This document shows positions 1 through 8,009 of a stretch of DNA of 10,746 nucleotides, in pieces. The position numbers and the translations under genes were made by a program. This DNA is from Promethearchaeota archaeon (GTDB lineage: Archaea > Asgardarchaeota > Lokiarchaeia > Sigyniarchaeales > SOKP01): positions 2,547-13,292 of the forward strand of contig JBHLNT010000115.1 of NCBI GenBank assembly GCA_048941265.1. The letters are read 5' to 3'. The first letter of the stretch is position 1, and the number at the start of each line of letters is the position of its first letter. The notes beneath the pieces were generated by a model. The model saw nothing but the letters and a program-made list of their open reading frames with translations. It was not told the DNA's origin and searched no databases.

Positions 1-1499
1 GAAATTAGGTTAACACCGCTCTCATTATCAAATTGGACCTTAAAAGTCCTTCCAATAAGTTCTTCGTTTTCTAACTCTTCTAACCTCTCTGGTTCATCTT
101 CAATTCTAGCAAGCGTACGATTTCCATCATCTAAATATCCAATAACAATACCACGTTTTGGTGTTCCATTTCGCTCGTAATAAATAGTATAAGCTTCGAT
201 GGTAAGATGTCCACTTGCTTTTTTAACAGGTTCTGGGAGTGCATTCATTAAAATTTGTTTTTGTATCTCCTTATCATCACGATCTTCCCATGATATCACA
301 GGAGGTTTATTACCATAAATTCCAAATGATTGTTTGGTATTATATCCCCCATTAGCTACAATCATTATTTTTTTAGAGGGATGTTCCCGAATAAGATGAA
401 CTGCTGTGATAATTGCGTGAATTGAATAATTACTCCAAGGACCACCAAAATAAGGTAATCCTCCCGTAATTGTAAGATCCCGTGGATCTTCCTCAGAAAT
501 CCCGATCTCATTCATAAGAATTTGTACAATTGAAGGAAAACAGCTATAGATATCAAATTTATCAATATCACTAAGTGAAAGACCTGCTTGTTCTAATGCA
601 ATTCGCGATCCTTCTCTAGCTGCTGGTGAATCAAAAAGCCTCGGGCGTTGAGAAATATTAAAAATGTTTTTAAAATCGGCACCTCCCATTAAATAAACCC
701 ATTTATCAGTATCAATCTGAAGTTCTTCTGCAATTTGGTTATTAGTCATTATCAGTGTCCCTGACTGATCCACATACAAATTTGAACACATATGTTTCGT
801 ATACGGATAGATGACTTTACGATTTTGGGGACTTGGAATTGTGATCTCATCAGCAGAGTAAGATTTTTGGCTCCATGCATAAGGATTTTTAGAAGCAATC
901 TTAGAATAGTGTTCAAAAAGTTTACCCATATGCAGTCTATGTTCCTCTATGCTTCTACCGGATTTCCCAAGCAATGCTGACTCAAATAATGCATATGAAC
1001 ATGAAGGGAAGATCATTCCATATTTATTTTCAAAATCACTTGTTCCATTCCATAAATTATCCTCCATATATTTTGGAGTCTTTCTTTCTGGCCAATTAAG
1101 AATGATCTCGCCCTTTTGAGCGCGATAAATCGAATAAGAGGCCTCTCCACCAGTAATCAGTATTGCCTGGCTTTTTCCAGTAGAAATTGCCTTAGCAGCT
1201 CGATTGACTAACATTTGAGGGGAATCCCCCCCATCTGGTAGAAAGATCTTTTGAATTGGTTTTATGCCAATAATCTTACTAAGTTCACCAGGAGCATCTT
1301 CATAGGACCAGCTGTTAATATTAATCATATAGACGGAATCAATATATTCCTTTATTTCTTCTGCTCCTGAGTCCATCAATGCCTTTCGACAGGTTTTCAC
1401 AATTAAACTCAGAGGATCTAACGGTTGAGCAATATCTTTTGGCTGCGTATACTGAGCTGCTCCAACGATTATTGGGCATAGTGCTTTACTCATTATCAT
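1..1499 (-). CDS. Thiolase-like protein (acetyl-CoA acetyltransferase superfamily, TLP1-like, with extra C-terminal domain); 3' end truncated by the window edge
   Basis: Manual translation gives 499 codons without a stop from ATG 1499 (alternative ATG 1493) to the window edge: MIMSKALCPIIVGAAQYTQP...LPDGGDSPQMLVNRAA...ILITGGEA...YPYTKHMCSNLYVDQSG...DKFDIYSCFPSIVQ...LTITGGLPYFGGPWSNYSIHAI...IVANGGYNTKQSFGIYG...HLTIEAYTIYYERNGTPKRG. These motifs are typical of TLP1-type thiolase-like proteins. The ORF track misses it because it has no stop in the window. Confidence 0.85.
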   Translation of the reverse strand, partial: MIMSKALCPIIVGAAQYTQPKDIAQPLDPLSLIVKTCRKALMDSGAEEIKEYIDSVYMININSWSYEDAPGELSKIIGIKPIQKIFLPDGGDSPQMLVNRAAKAISTGKSQAILITGGEASYSIYRAQKGEIILNWPERKTPKYMEDNLWNGTSDFENKYGMIFPSCSYALFESALLGKSGRSIEEHRLHMGKLFEHYSKIASKNPYAWSQKSYSADEITIPSPQNRKVIYPYTKHMCSNLYVDQSGTLIMTNNQIAEELQIDTDKWVYLMGGADFKNIFNISQRPRLFDSPAAREGSRIALEQAGLSLSDIDKFDIYSCFPSIVQILMNEIGISEEDPRDLTITGGLPYFGGPWSNYSIHAIITAVHLIREHPSKKIMIVANGGYNTKQSFGIYGNKPPVISWEDRDDKEIQKQILMNALPEPVKKASGHLTIEAYTIYYERNGTPKRGIVIGYLDDGNRTLARIEDEPERLEELENEELIGRTFKVQFDNESGVNLI

Positions 1500-1639
1500 A
1501 TAAAAATGTAAAAAAGAATAAATCTATTACGATACGATAGGGGCTCTTAAAAATTTTTATTGATTTTTCAGTATAAGGATATCGATCTCTAAAAGAGAAT
1601 ATAAATACTATTAAACAGTAAAAATTCTTATTATTTATT

Positions 1640-2857
1640 ATGGTTGTATATTTTAGTTTCTTATTTCATATCTATCAACCTCCAGTTCAAATTCCGCCTG
1701 TAATTAAGCAAATAGTCAATGAATCGTACCGTCCGATTATAGAGGCATTACGAGATCATCCAAGCACGAAAATTACGCTTAATATCAATGGCACATTGAC
1801 CGAACAACTAAATGATTATGGATATATGGATTTAATAGAAGGCATTGCAACACTTGCCTCAAGGGGACAAATCGAGTTTACCGGTTCAGCAAAATTTCAT
1901 CCCCTCTTACCTCTCATCCCTGAACCTGAGATAAAGCGTCAAATCAACCTAAATAATGAAACTAATAGGATGTTCTTTGGTGACACATATCACCCAAAAG
2001 GATTTTTCCCCCCAGAGATGGCAATTTCAGAAGAAGTTTTGAAATGTGTGAAGGATATGGGATTTGAGTGGGTGATCATGAGTGGAATCGCGAATACATA
2101 CCACACATGGCCAACAACATTTATTTCTCAAGATCATAATGGTTTAAAGTTAATCTTTAGGGATGATTTAATCTCTACTGATTGCGCCTTTGATAAAGTA
2201 AATAATGTAGATGCATTTATTGCTCGAATTTATTATAAACATACTTCAGAGGATTATTATGTAATATCTGCTCTTGATGGTGAAACATTTGGGCATCATG
2301 TGAAACATGCCATCAATAATTTTCTCATTCCTTTATTCAAGTCTGTTCCATATCGACAGGATGTGAAAATGTGTACCATCTCTGAAATTATCGAGAGATT
2401 TCCTCTTGGAGAACCACAAACACCTAGAGATTCAAGTTGGTCAACCATGGCATATGATATTGTCCAGGATATTCCATTTCCTCTCTGGTTCGATCCAAAT
2501 AATAAAATTCATATTGAGCAGCATCGTTTCTTTATGTATGCTCTCACGTTAATTCATCTTGCAGCCAAATACTATAAAAGTATGGATGCTAAAAGAAAAA
2601 AGATATTTAATAATGCACGTAATCTACTTGATAGAGGAATTCATAGTTGTCAAACATGGTGGGCATCAAAACGCCCATGGTATGATCCTGACATGATAAT
2701 GAGAGGATTAAATGAGGTTATGATGGCGAGTGTAAATGCCAAAAGAAGTTTTCCTCCTCAAATTTTTGAAATTATTCCAGATATTAAGGAGGCTCTCAAA
2801 TTAATTATAAATGATATGCTTAAAGCACAAAACAATATCATTCTTTCATTAGAATAA
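1640..2857 (+). CDS. Glycoside hydrolase family 57 protein (alpha-amylase/amylopullulanase-like)
   Basis: 405 aa. GH57 conserved regions: N-terminal HIYQP, SAKFHPLLPLIP, FFPPEMA (nucleophile Glu), ALDGETFGHH (acid/base Asp) and SSW. Confidence 0.9.
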   Translation: MVVYFSFLFHIYQPPVQIPPVIKQIVNESYRPIIEALRDHPSTKITLNINGTLTEQLNDYGYMDLIEGIATLASRGQIEFTGSAKFHPLLPLIPEPEIKRQINLNNETNRMFFGDTYHPKGFFPPEMAISEEVLKCVKDMGFEWVIMSGIANTYHTWPTTFISQDHNGLKLIFRDDLISTDCAFDKVNNVDAFIARIYYKHTSEDYYVISALDGETFGHHVKHAINNFLIPLFKSVPYRQDVKMCTISEIIERFPLGEPQTPRDSSWSTMAYDIVQDIPFPLWFDPNNKIHIEQHRFFMYALTLIHLAAKYYKSMDAKRKKIFNNARNLLDRGIHSCQTWWASKRPWYDPDMIMRGLNEVMMASVNAKRSFPPQIFEIIPDIKEALKLIINDMLKAQNNIILSLE

Positions 2858-3084
2858 TTTTATTTTTAAAAATAGATTTATACTAGAATTTCTTTATCTG
2901 CTAGTCCCTCTCTTTTTTAATTACAAGAGATCCTCATCAAAATTGTGTTTCTCCTTTCCTAATTTTATTTTTAAGAAATTTAATATATTAAAAATAAAGA
3001 TAAAATTAGAGTAATCCATTAAAATGATAAACTTTACAGATTGAACCTTGATGTTCTTAATATCACAATATAAAAATGTACTAA

Positions 3085-3120
3085 TTTTTAAAAAATTAAA
3101 TAAAAGAAATTATAAAAAAA
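3085..3120 (-). terminator. Putative oligo-T terminator tract
   Basis: A-runs on + (T-runs on -, e.g. TTTTTTTATAATTTCTTTTATTTAATTTTTT) directly after the TAA of the 56-aa ORF. AT-rich background lowers specificity. Confidence 0.35.
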
Positions 3121-3291
3121 TTAGTCTTTTTTGAAATTATGTCCGCAATCTCCACACTTTATTATTTTCTTATATACAGGAGTTCCCTGCATAGAAAAAT
3201 ATAATACTTCACTTTTATCATTTTCTTCATGTAGCTTACGTGGATTTTCATTTCCACATTCCGGGCATTTAACTCGTTTATAGTCTGACAT
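3121..3291 (-). CDS. Small zinc-ribbon protein (56 aa, CxxC-x33-CxxC)
   Basis: Manual translation ATG(3291) to TAA(3121): MSDYKRVKCPECGNENPRKLHEENDKSEVLYFSMQGTPVYKKIIKCGDCGHNFKKD. It has two CxxCG knuckles, is more GC-rich than its AT-rich flanks, and is followed by a T-rich tract on the minus strand. Confidence 0.85.
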   Translation of the reverse strand: MSDYKRVKCPECGNENPRKLHEENDKSEVLYFSMQGTPVYKKIIKCGDCGHNFKKD

Positions 3292-3429
3292 CGTTTTAAA
3301 AATCTTAAAAATATATTCTTATTGTTAAAACCAAAATAGTTTTGATAAATTTAAATATAGGTTTTATATATACTGTTTGTGTTAATTTCTCATACAATTG
3401 AAAAGAAGTAAATCATTCACAATTCAATT

Positions 3430-4275
3430 CTATTTTTTAATTCGATTCAATAACGCAGTTATTTCCGGATATTCACTTTTTTGAATACAATATTTTTTGG
3501 TTGATGGTCCCCAGCGCTCATTTTTAGAAATAAGCTCCATAAATAGATTCGAATCATGTATATAGGTCCCTCCAACAATATCTACTCCCCTTGAAAAGAG
3601 CGGGTCAGGAAAAAATCCTGCGGTAGGGCCTATAATCGAAATTTTTTCAGCATTGGAACAAAATTTTAAAATATCATCTATAGATTCATTGAGGATTGTA
3701 GTACTTGTAATTAATATCTTATTGCACGCTTCTAATCTTGCGGGATCCAGAGTCACTTCCCAATTATTAGTTTTTTGCACTAAATTAGCCTTTTTTTCAA
3801 TAACAATAAGGTCGAGCCCCATTTTTTTTATTTGGGCGACCAAAGGTGGAAAAAATCCGACCATTCCCGGTTTATCTGCGTAGTTTAATTGTAGCAAACC
3901 AAGAGAATCTGTGGTAAAATCTAAAGAGAAGTTTGATTTTTGAAAAATGTACTGACTGATAGCATTAATTGCTCCTAATCCTAATGTTTTTTGAAAATTA
4001 TCTGAGGAGGTAAACTCTTTAGCAAGATCTAAAGGACTCATCCCTTTAAATTGAGTTAAATCTGTGTTTTCTCCAACTTCTTTTATTTTTGGTGATAAAC
4101 TAATATATACAACTCCAACAGTACCATCTTCTAATTTTATGGCTCCAAAATTCGATTTTCGAGGATCCCTCTCTATTTTATCCTGATGAGGAATATACAC
4201 TTCTTGAATCACGGGGATATCAACTGTATCAGGAATTTGATTGATAACTTGGATAAATTCATCAGCAAGAGTCAG
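3430..4275 (-). CDS. DUF364 family (Rossmann-like, putative heavy-metal-binding) protein; probable CTG start at 4275 (track start GTG 4212)
   Basis: Motifs FGAIKLEDGTVG, LGLGAINA, GMVGFFPPL, ITSTTILNES and IIGPTAGFFPDPLFSRGVDIVGG. The frame stays open upstream to 4278 (MTLADEFIQVINQIPDTVDIPVIQEVYIP), with SD-like GGGGTG 6 nt before the CTG. Confidence 0.8.
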   Translation of the reverse strand: MTLADEFIQVINQIPDTVDIPVIQEVYIPHQDKIERDPRKSNFGAIKLEDGTVGVVYISLSPKIKEVGENTDLTQFKGMSPLDLAKEFTSSDNFQKTLGLGAINAISQYIFQKSNFSLDFTTDSLGLLQLNYADKPGMVGFFPPLVAQIKKMGLDLIVIEKKANLVQKTNNWEVTLDPARLEACNKILITSTTILNESIDDILKFCSNAEKISIIGPTAGFFPDPLFSRGVDIVGGTYIHDSNLFMELISKNERWGPSTKKYCIQKSEYPEITALLNRIKK

Positions 4276-4278
4276 CTT

Positions 4279-4815
4279 TTACACCCCATTTCGTATCCTT
4301 GTTTTTTCTATGATATCTGCTACTATTCCTTCGAGAAATCTTCCCGTTGTTTCTATTATTAGTTCTGCTGCTGCTTCATAGAAAGGTTTTCGAAACGCTA
4401 AGACTTTTTCAATTTCTGCTTTTGGATCTTCTTTATCAATTACAGGTCGAGTTTCTTGACCATCTTTCATGATTCTTTTATATATTTCGTCCGCTGTTGC
4501 TTGAAGTAATACAATATGACTATTTTGCTTTAGATAATCGATATTAATCTTATTGAGAACAATCCCGCCTCCGCATGAAATAATTACTTTATGGAGTTGT
4601 GAGGCTTTTTTACAAGCGGCTATTTCATATTCTCTGAAAGTTATTTCTCCATCTTCTGCAAATATGCGGGGAATCGATTTTCCCGCATCTTCAATAATTA
4701 TGTGATCCGTTTCAATAAACCTATATTCATTTCCAAGTGCGTCTGCTAGCGCTTGACCTATGGATGTTTTGCCTGTAGCCATAAAACCAATGAGAGCAAT
4801 AGAATCTTTTTTCAT
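4279..4815 (-). CDS. aroK: Shikimate kinase, bacterial AroK/AroL type (NMP-kinase fold)
   Basis: Walker A GFMATGKT, ETD, IFAEDGEITFREYE, ISCGGG, RPV lid and RKPFYE. ATG at 4815 (in-frame TTG at 4818 is the track start). Confidence 0.92.
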   Translation of the reverse strand: MKKDSIALIGFMATGKTSIGQALADALGNEYRFIETDHIIIEDAGKSIPRIFAEDGEITFREYEIAACKKASQLHKVIISCGGGIVLNKINIDYLKQNSHIVLLQATADEIYKRIMKDGQETRPVIDKEDPKAEIEKVLAFRKPFYEAAAELIIETTGRFLEGIVADIIEKTRIRNGV

Positions 4816-4877
4816 CAATGAAACCTTGTTATATAGTTCAATCTAAAACTGAGATTAATATTATAAATTATTTTAAT

Positions 4878-4902
4878 TCTAAAACATTTTATAAACTTTA
4901 GA
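4878..4902. promoter_or_regulatory. Palindromic TATA-like box TTTATAAA in the divergent aroK/aroE spacer, bracketed by TCTAAA/TTTAGA
   Basis: TTTATAAA at 4888-4895, about 48 nt upstream of the aroE ATG. Inverted hexamers at 4878-4883 and 4897-4902. Confidence 0.3.
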
Positions 4903-4942
4903 TTTTCACATTATATTTTAACCAATATTATTTCGAAATGAT

Positions 4943-5812
4943 ATGGCAGAAAAGTATACAATAACTGGGCATACGAAAGTATTTTGTATAATAGGACATC
5001 CCGTTGAGCATTCAATGTCTCCCACCATGTGGAATCCTGCTTTACAAGAATTAGGATTGGATTACGTATATGTAGCATTTGATGTGCATCCCGATAATTT
5101 AGAAAAGGCAGTTAAGGCATTTCGAGTTTTTGGAATCAGGGGAGCAAATGTAACTATTCCTCATAAAAATCCAATTATGAGATTTCTCGATGAAATAGAT
5201 CCGATTGCAGAAAAAATGGGAGCCATAAATACGGTAAAAAATGAAGATGGTTACCTAAAGGCAACAAATACCGATGCTCCAGGAGCCAAAAAATCTTTAT
5301 TAGATGCAGGATGTTCAATCGAAGGGAAAAATATTTTATTTTTAGGCTCAGGAGGAGCAGCACGGTCGATAGCATATCTATTCTCAGAAGAAGCGAAAAA
5401 AATTGTATTAACTGATATTATTGAAGAAAGAGCAGTAGCAATAGCAAAGGAAATTAAAAAAAATATGGACGCTGATATTGAGGGTAAAGTTGCGAACGAA
5501 AAAAATATTGCAAATCTAATTAAGCAAACAGATATTTTAATTAATGCAACTCCTATAGGGATGTATCCGAATATTGATGTTAGTCCTATTTCAAAGGATT
5601 TATTACATGACGGAATTTTTGTTTTTGATGTGATATATAATCCAATGGAAACAAAATTGATGAAAGACGCAGCGGAACTGGGGTGTAAAACGTTAAGTGG
5701 ATTAGATATGTTAATTAACCAAGGAGTTATTGCTTTTGAGTGGTTTACAGGAAAAACTCCTAATAGTAAATTAATGAAGTCAAAAATTATAGAATTTTTA
5801 GGAATAAAATAG
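4943..5812 (+). CDS. aroE: Shikimate dehydrogenase (AroE family)
   Basis: GHPVEHSMSP, GANVTIPHK (catalytic Lys), GAINT, NTD (catalytic Asp), GSGGAARS, NATPIGM, DVIYNP and GLDMLINQG. Confidence 0.93.
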   Translation: MAEKYTITGHTKVFCIIGHPVEHSMSPTMWNPALQELGLDYVYVAFDVHPDNLEKAVKAFRVFGIRGANVTIPHKNPIMRFLDEIDPIAEKMGAINTVKNEDGYLKATNTDAPGAKKSLLDAGCSIEGKNILFLGSGGAARSIAYLFSEEAKKIVLTDIIEERAVAIAKEIKKNMDADIEGKVANEKNIANLIKQTDILINATPIGMYPNIDVSPISKDLLHDGIFVFDVIYNPMETKLMKDAAELGCKTLSGLDMLINQGVIAFEWFTGKTPNSKLMKSKIIEFLGIK

Positions 5813-5906
5813 TTATATTCGAGATAATTTCATTATCATAATCGGTAACTTCAATTTTCAAACTAAAATTTATGATAATTAAATAAAATATGTTCTTCCT
5901 GAAATT

Positions 5907-6692
5907 ATGATAAAATATGATAAACTCCCAGCGTTTTTTATAGGTCATGGTTCTCCTATGAATATTGTTCAAGATAACGCATTTACTCGTGATTTAAAGA
6001 AGATGGGAAACTCTTTTCCAAAACCAGAGGTGATATTAGTAATTTCCGCTCATTTTTTAACAAGAGGGACCTTTGTAACATGTAAATCTCATCCAGATCA
6101 AATATATGATTTCTATGGATTTCCAAAAGAGTTATATGAGTTCAAATATCGTCCATCAGGGCATTCTGAAATGGCAAAAACTATTACCAATCTGAAATCT
6201 CCTAATAAAATAGGGTGTACAAATGAGTGGGGATTAGATCACGCAGCTTACATGATATTAGGACATATTTATCCTGATGCAGATATTCCCACAATCGAAA
6301 TGAGTCTAGATTATTATCAAAAGCCTGAATATCATTATTCTTTTGCTAAGTCTCTAAAACCACTCAGAGAAAAGGGAGTTTTAATTATTGGTAGTGGGAA
6401 TATGATTCACACTTTTCAATACATAGAATATAATCAATATGCTAAACCATATCCATGGGCGGTTGAATTTGATAATACACTAAAAGAAAATATTTTAAAT
6501 TCAAATCACGAAAACCTTATTCACTACGAGAGATTATCTTTAAGTTCCAAGGCATTTCAGACTAATGAGCATTATCTTCCAATGTTATATATTTTAGCTT
6601 TACAGGATGAAAATGAACCGATTGAATTTGTACATGAAGGATTCCAACATGGATCGATTTCTCATAGAAGTTTTCGAATTGGAAAAAATTAA
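5907..6692 (+). CDS. ygiD: 4,5-DOPA dioxygenase extradiol / LigB-family (class III) ring-cleavage dioxygenase, YgiD-like
   Basis: FIGHGSPMN, VISAH, IYDFYGFPKELY, WGLDHA, YPDADIP, GSGNMIH and EHYLPMLY. Confidence 0.88.
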   Translation: MIKYDKLPAFFIGHGSPMNIVQDNAFTRDLKKMGNSFPKPEVILVISAHFLTRGTFVTCKSHPDQIYDFYGFPKELYEFKYRPSGHSEMAKTITNLKSPNKIGCTNEWGLDHAAYMILGHIYPDADIPTIEMSLDYYQKPEYHYSFAKSLKPLREKGVLIIGSGNMIHTFQYIEYNQYAKPYPWAVEFDNTLKENILNSNHENLIHYERLSLSSKAFQTNEHYLPMLYILALQDENEPIEFVHEGFQHGSISHRSFRIGKN

Positions 6693-6765
6693 TATCATCC
6701 GTTTAGTGATGCCAATAAGATTAATTAAATCGAATTCATAAAGGACAAATCATTTAATAAGATTA

Positions 6766-7965
6766 ATGAAAAAGCCTATTGTATCGGTGGCTCGCCATAA
6801 AGATATTTCCTCGGCAGTAAATTTTTGTCTCGATCAAATTGAAATTCCAGATTTAACAGGAAAAAGAGTGCTATTAAAGCCGAACGTAGGGAGGGAAGAA
6901 GACCCAAAATTGGGAATAAATACTAATCCTGAAGTAGTTGAGGCAGTTTTTGAATATTTAAAAAAAAAATACAATGCAAACTTCTATATCGGCGATTCTC
7001 CCATCATTAATACCGATACAAGAAAAGCTTTTGAACAATCTGGTTTTTCCGATTTATTGAAAAGTGAGGGAATTAAATTTTTAGATTTGGACGATCGTGC
7101 CCCTCTTGAATTAGATATCCCTCAAGGAAAAATTCTCAAAAAAATAAAAGTAACCGGTTATTTGAATGATTTTGATTATATCGTTTCTATTCCTGTGTTA
7201 AAAATGCATATGCACACGGGTGCATCTTTAAGTTTCAAGAATATGAAAGGTCTAATTTACAAAAGAAATAAAGTTAAACTCCACCATTTCCAGTCTCCAG
7301 AATTAATTGAAGATTTAAAAAAAACCATGGAAAAGGTTAAGGAATTAGATATTGCAATAGCAGACCTTTCATATATATTCAAACCTGATCTCTGTGTTAT
7401 AGATGCATCCTATGCTTTAGAAGGTATGGGTCCTTCTTCAGGAAACTGTGTAAAATTAGATACAATTATAGCTTCAACGAATTATTTAGCTGCAGATATC
7501 ATTGCTCTCGCTATAACTCAACCAAATTGGTTATTAAAAGATATTCCACATTTGAAGCTTATATCTGAACTCTTTTCCCAAACACCTAAAAGCTTAGAAG
7601 ATATTAAAACAGTTCCTGAAAAGATCCAACAATTTATAAACCCATTGGAACCTCCACCAACTTCTATAACTATAAAATATAAAAATGTGAATCTTATAGA
7701 TGTTGATTCTTGTTCTGCCTGTTTATCAACTATATTCAATTTACTAAAAAATAACAAAGATTTTATTGACGAACATTTTACCCCTGAAAAACCATTAAAT
7801 CTTGCAATAGGGAAGGGAATAACACAATCAGATCTTTATTCAGATACATTCCTTATCGGAAATTGTACTTATGAACACCACGAAAATGGAGTATTTATTA
7901 AAGGATGTACTCCAGTTGAATCTACAATCTTAAAAATAATAAAAGAAAATTTAAAGTTGAATTAA
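6766..7965 (+). CDS. DUF362 domain protein with C-terminal Cys-rich putative Fe-S module
   Basis: DUF362 motifs VLLKPN, TNPEVV, IGDSP, PVLKMH...SLSFKNMKG, IDA...EGMGP and AADIIA. C-terminal CSAC...GNC...KGCTP. Confidence 0.82.
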   Translation: MKKPIVSVARHKDISSAVNFCLDQIEIPDLTGKRVLLKPNVGREEDPKLGINTNPEVVEAVFEYLKKKYNANFYIGDSPIINTDTRKAFEQSGFSDLLKSEGIKFLDLDDRAPLELDIPQGKILKKIKVTGYLNDFDYIVSIPVLKMHMHTGASLSFKNMKGLIYKRNKVKLHHFQSPELIEDLKKTMEKVKELDIAIADLSYIFKPDLCVIDASYALEGMGPSSGNCVKLDTIIASTNYLAADIIALAITQPNWLLKDIPHLKLISELFSQTPKSLEDIKTVPEKIQQFINPLEPPPTSITIKYKNVNLIDVDSCSACLSTIFNLLKNNKDFIDEHFTPEKPLNLAIGKGITQSDLYSDTFLIGNCTYEHHENGVFIKGCTPVESTILKIIKENLKLN

Positions 7966-8009
7966 TTGGGATTAACTTTTAACTTATTTAATTAAAGGTG
8001 GAAAATTCT

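Noticed and set aside
792-980. 62-aa + strand ORF
   Set aside because: Antisense shadow inside the thiolase-like gene; no recognisable motifs.
1548-1559. Palindrome TAAAAATTTTTA in the divergent thiolase/GH57 spacer
   Set aside because: A/T-only palindrome expected by chance in this composition.
2921-3019. 32-aa - strand ORF MDYSNFIFIFNILNFLKIKLGKEKHNFDEDLL in the convergent gap
   Set aside because: Low-complexity AT-driven composition, no SD and no motif.
3653-3883. 76-aa + strand ORF
   Set aside because: Antisense to the DUF364 gene.
5175-5375. 66-aa - strand ORF
   Set aside because: Antisense to aroE.
5787-5972. 61-aa - strand ORF
   Set aside because: Overlaps the ends of two real + strand genes; its I/F/N-rich composition reflects the AT-rich spacer.
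7518-7757. 79-aa - strand ORF
   Set aside because: Antisense to the DUF362 gene.
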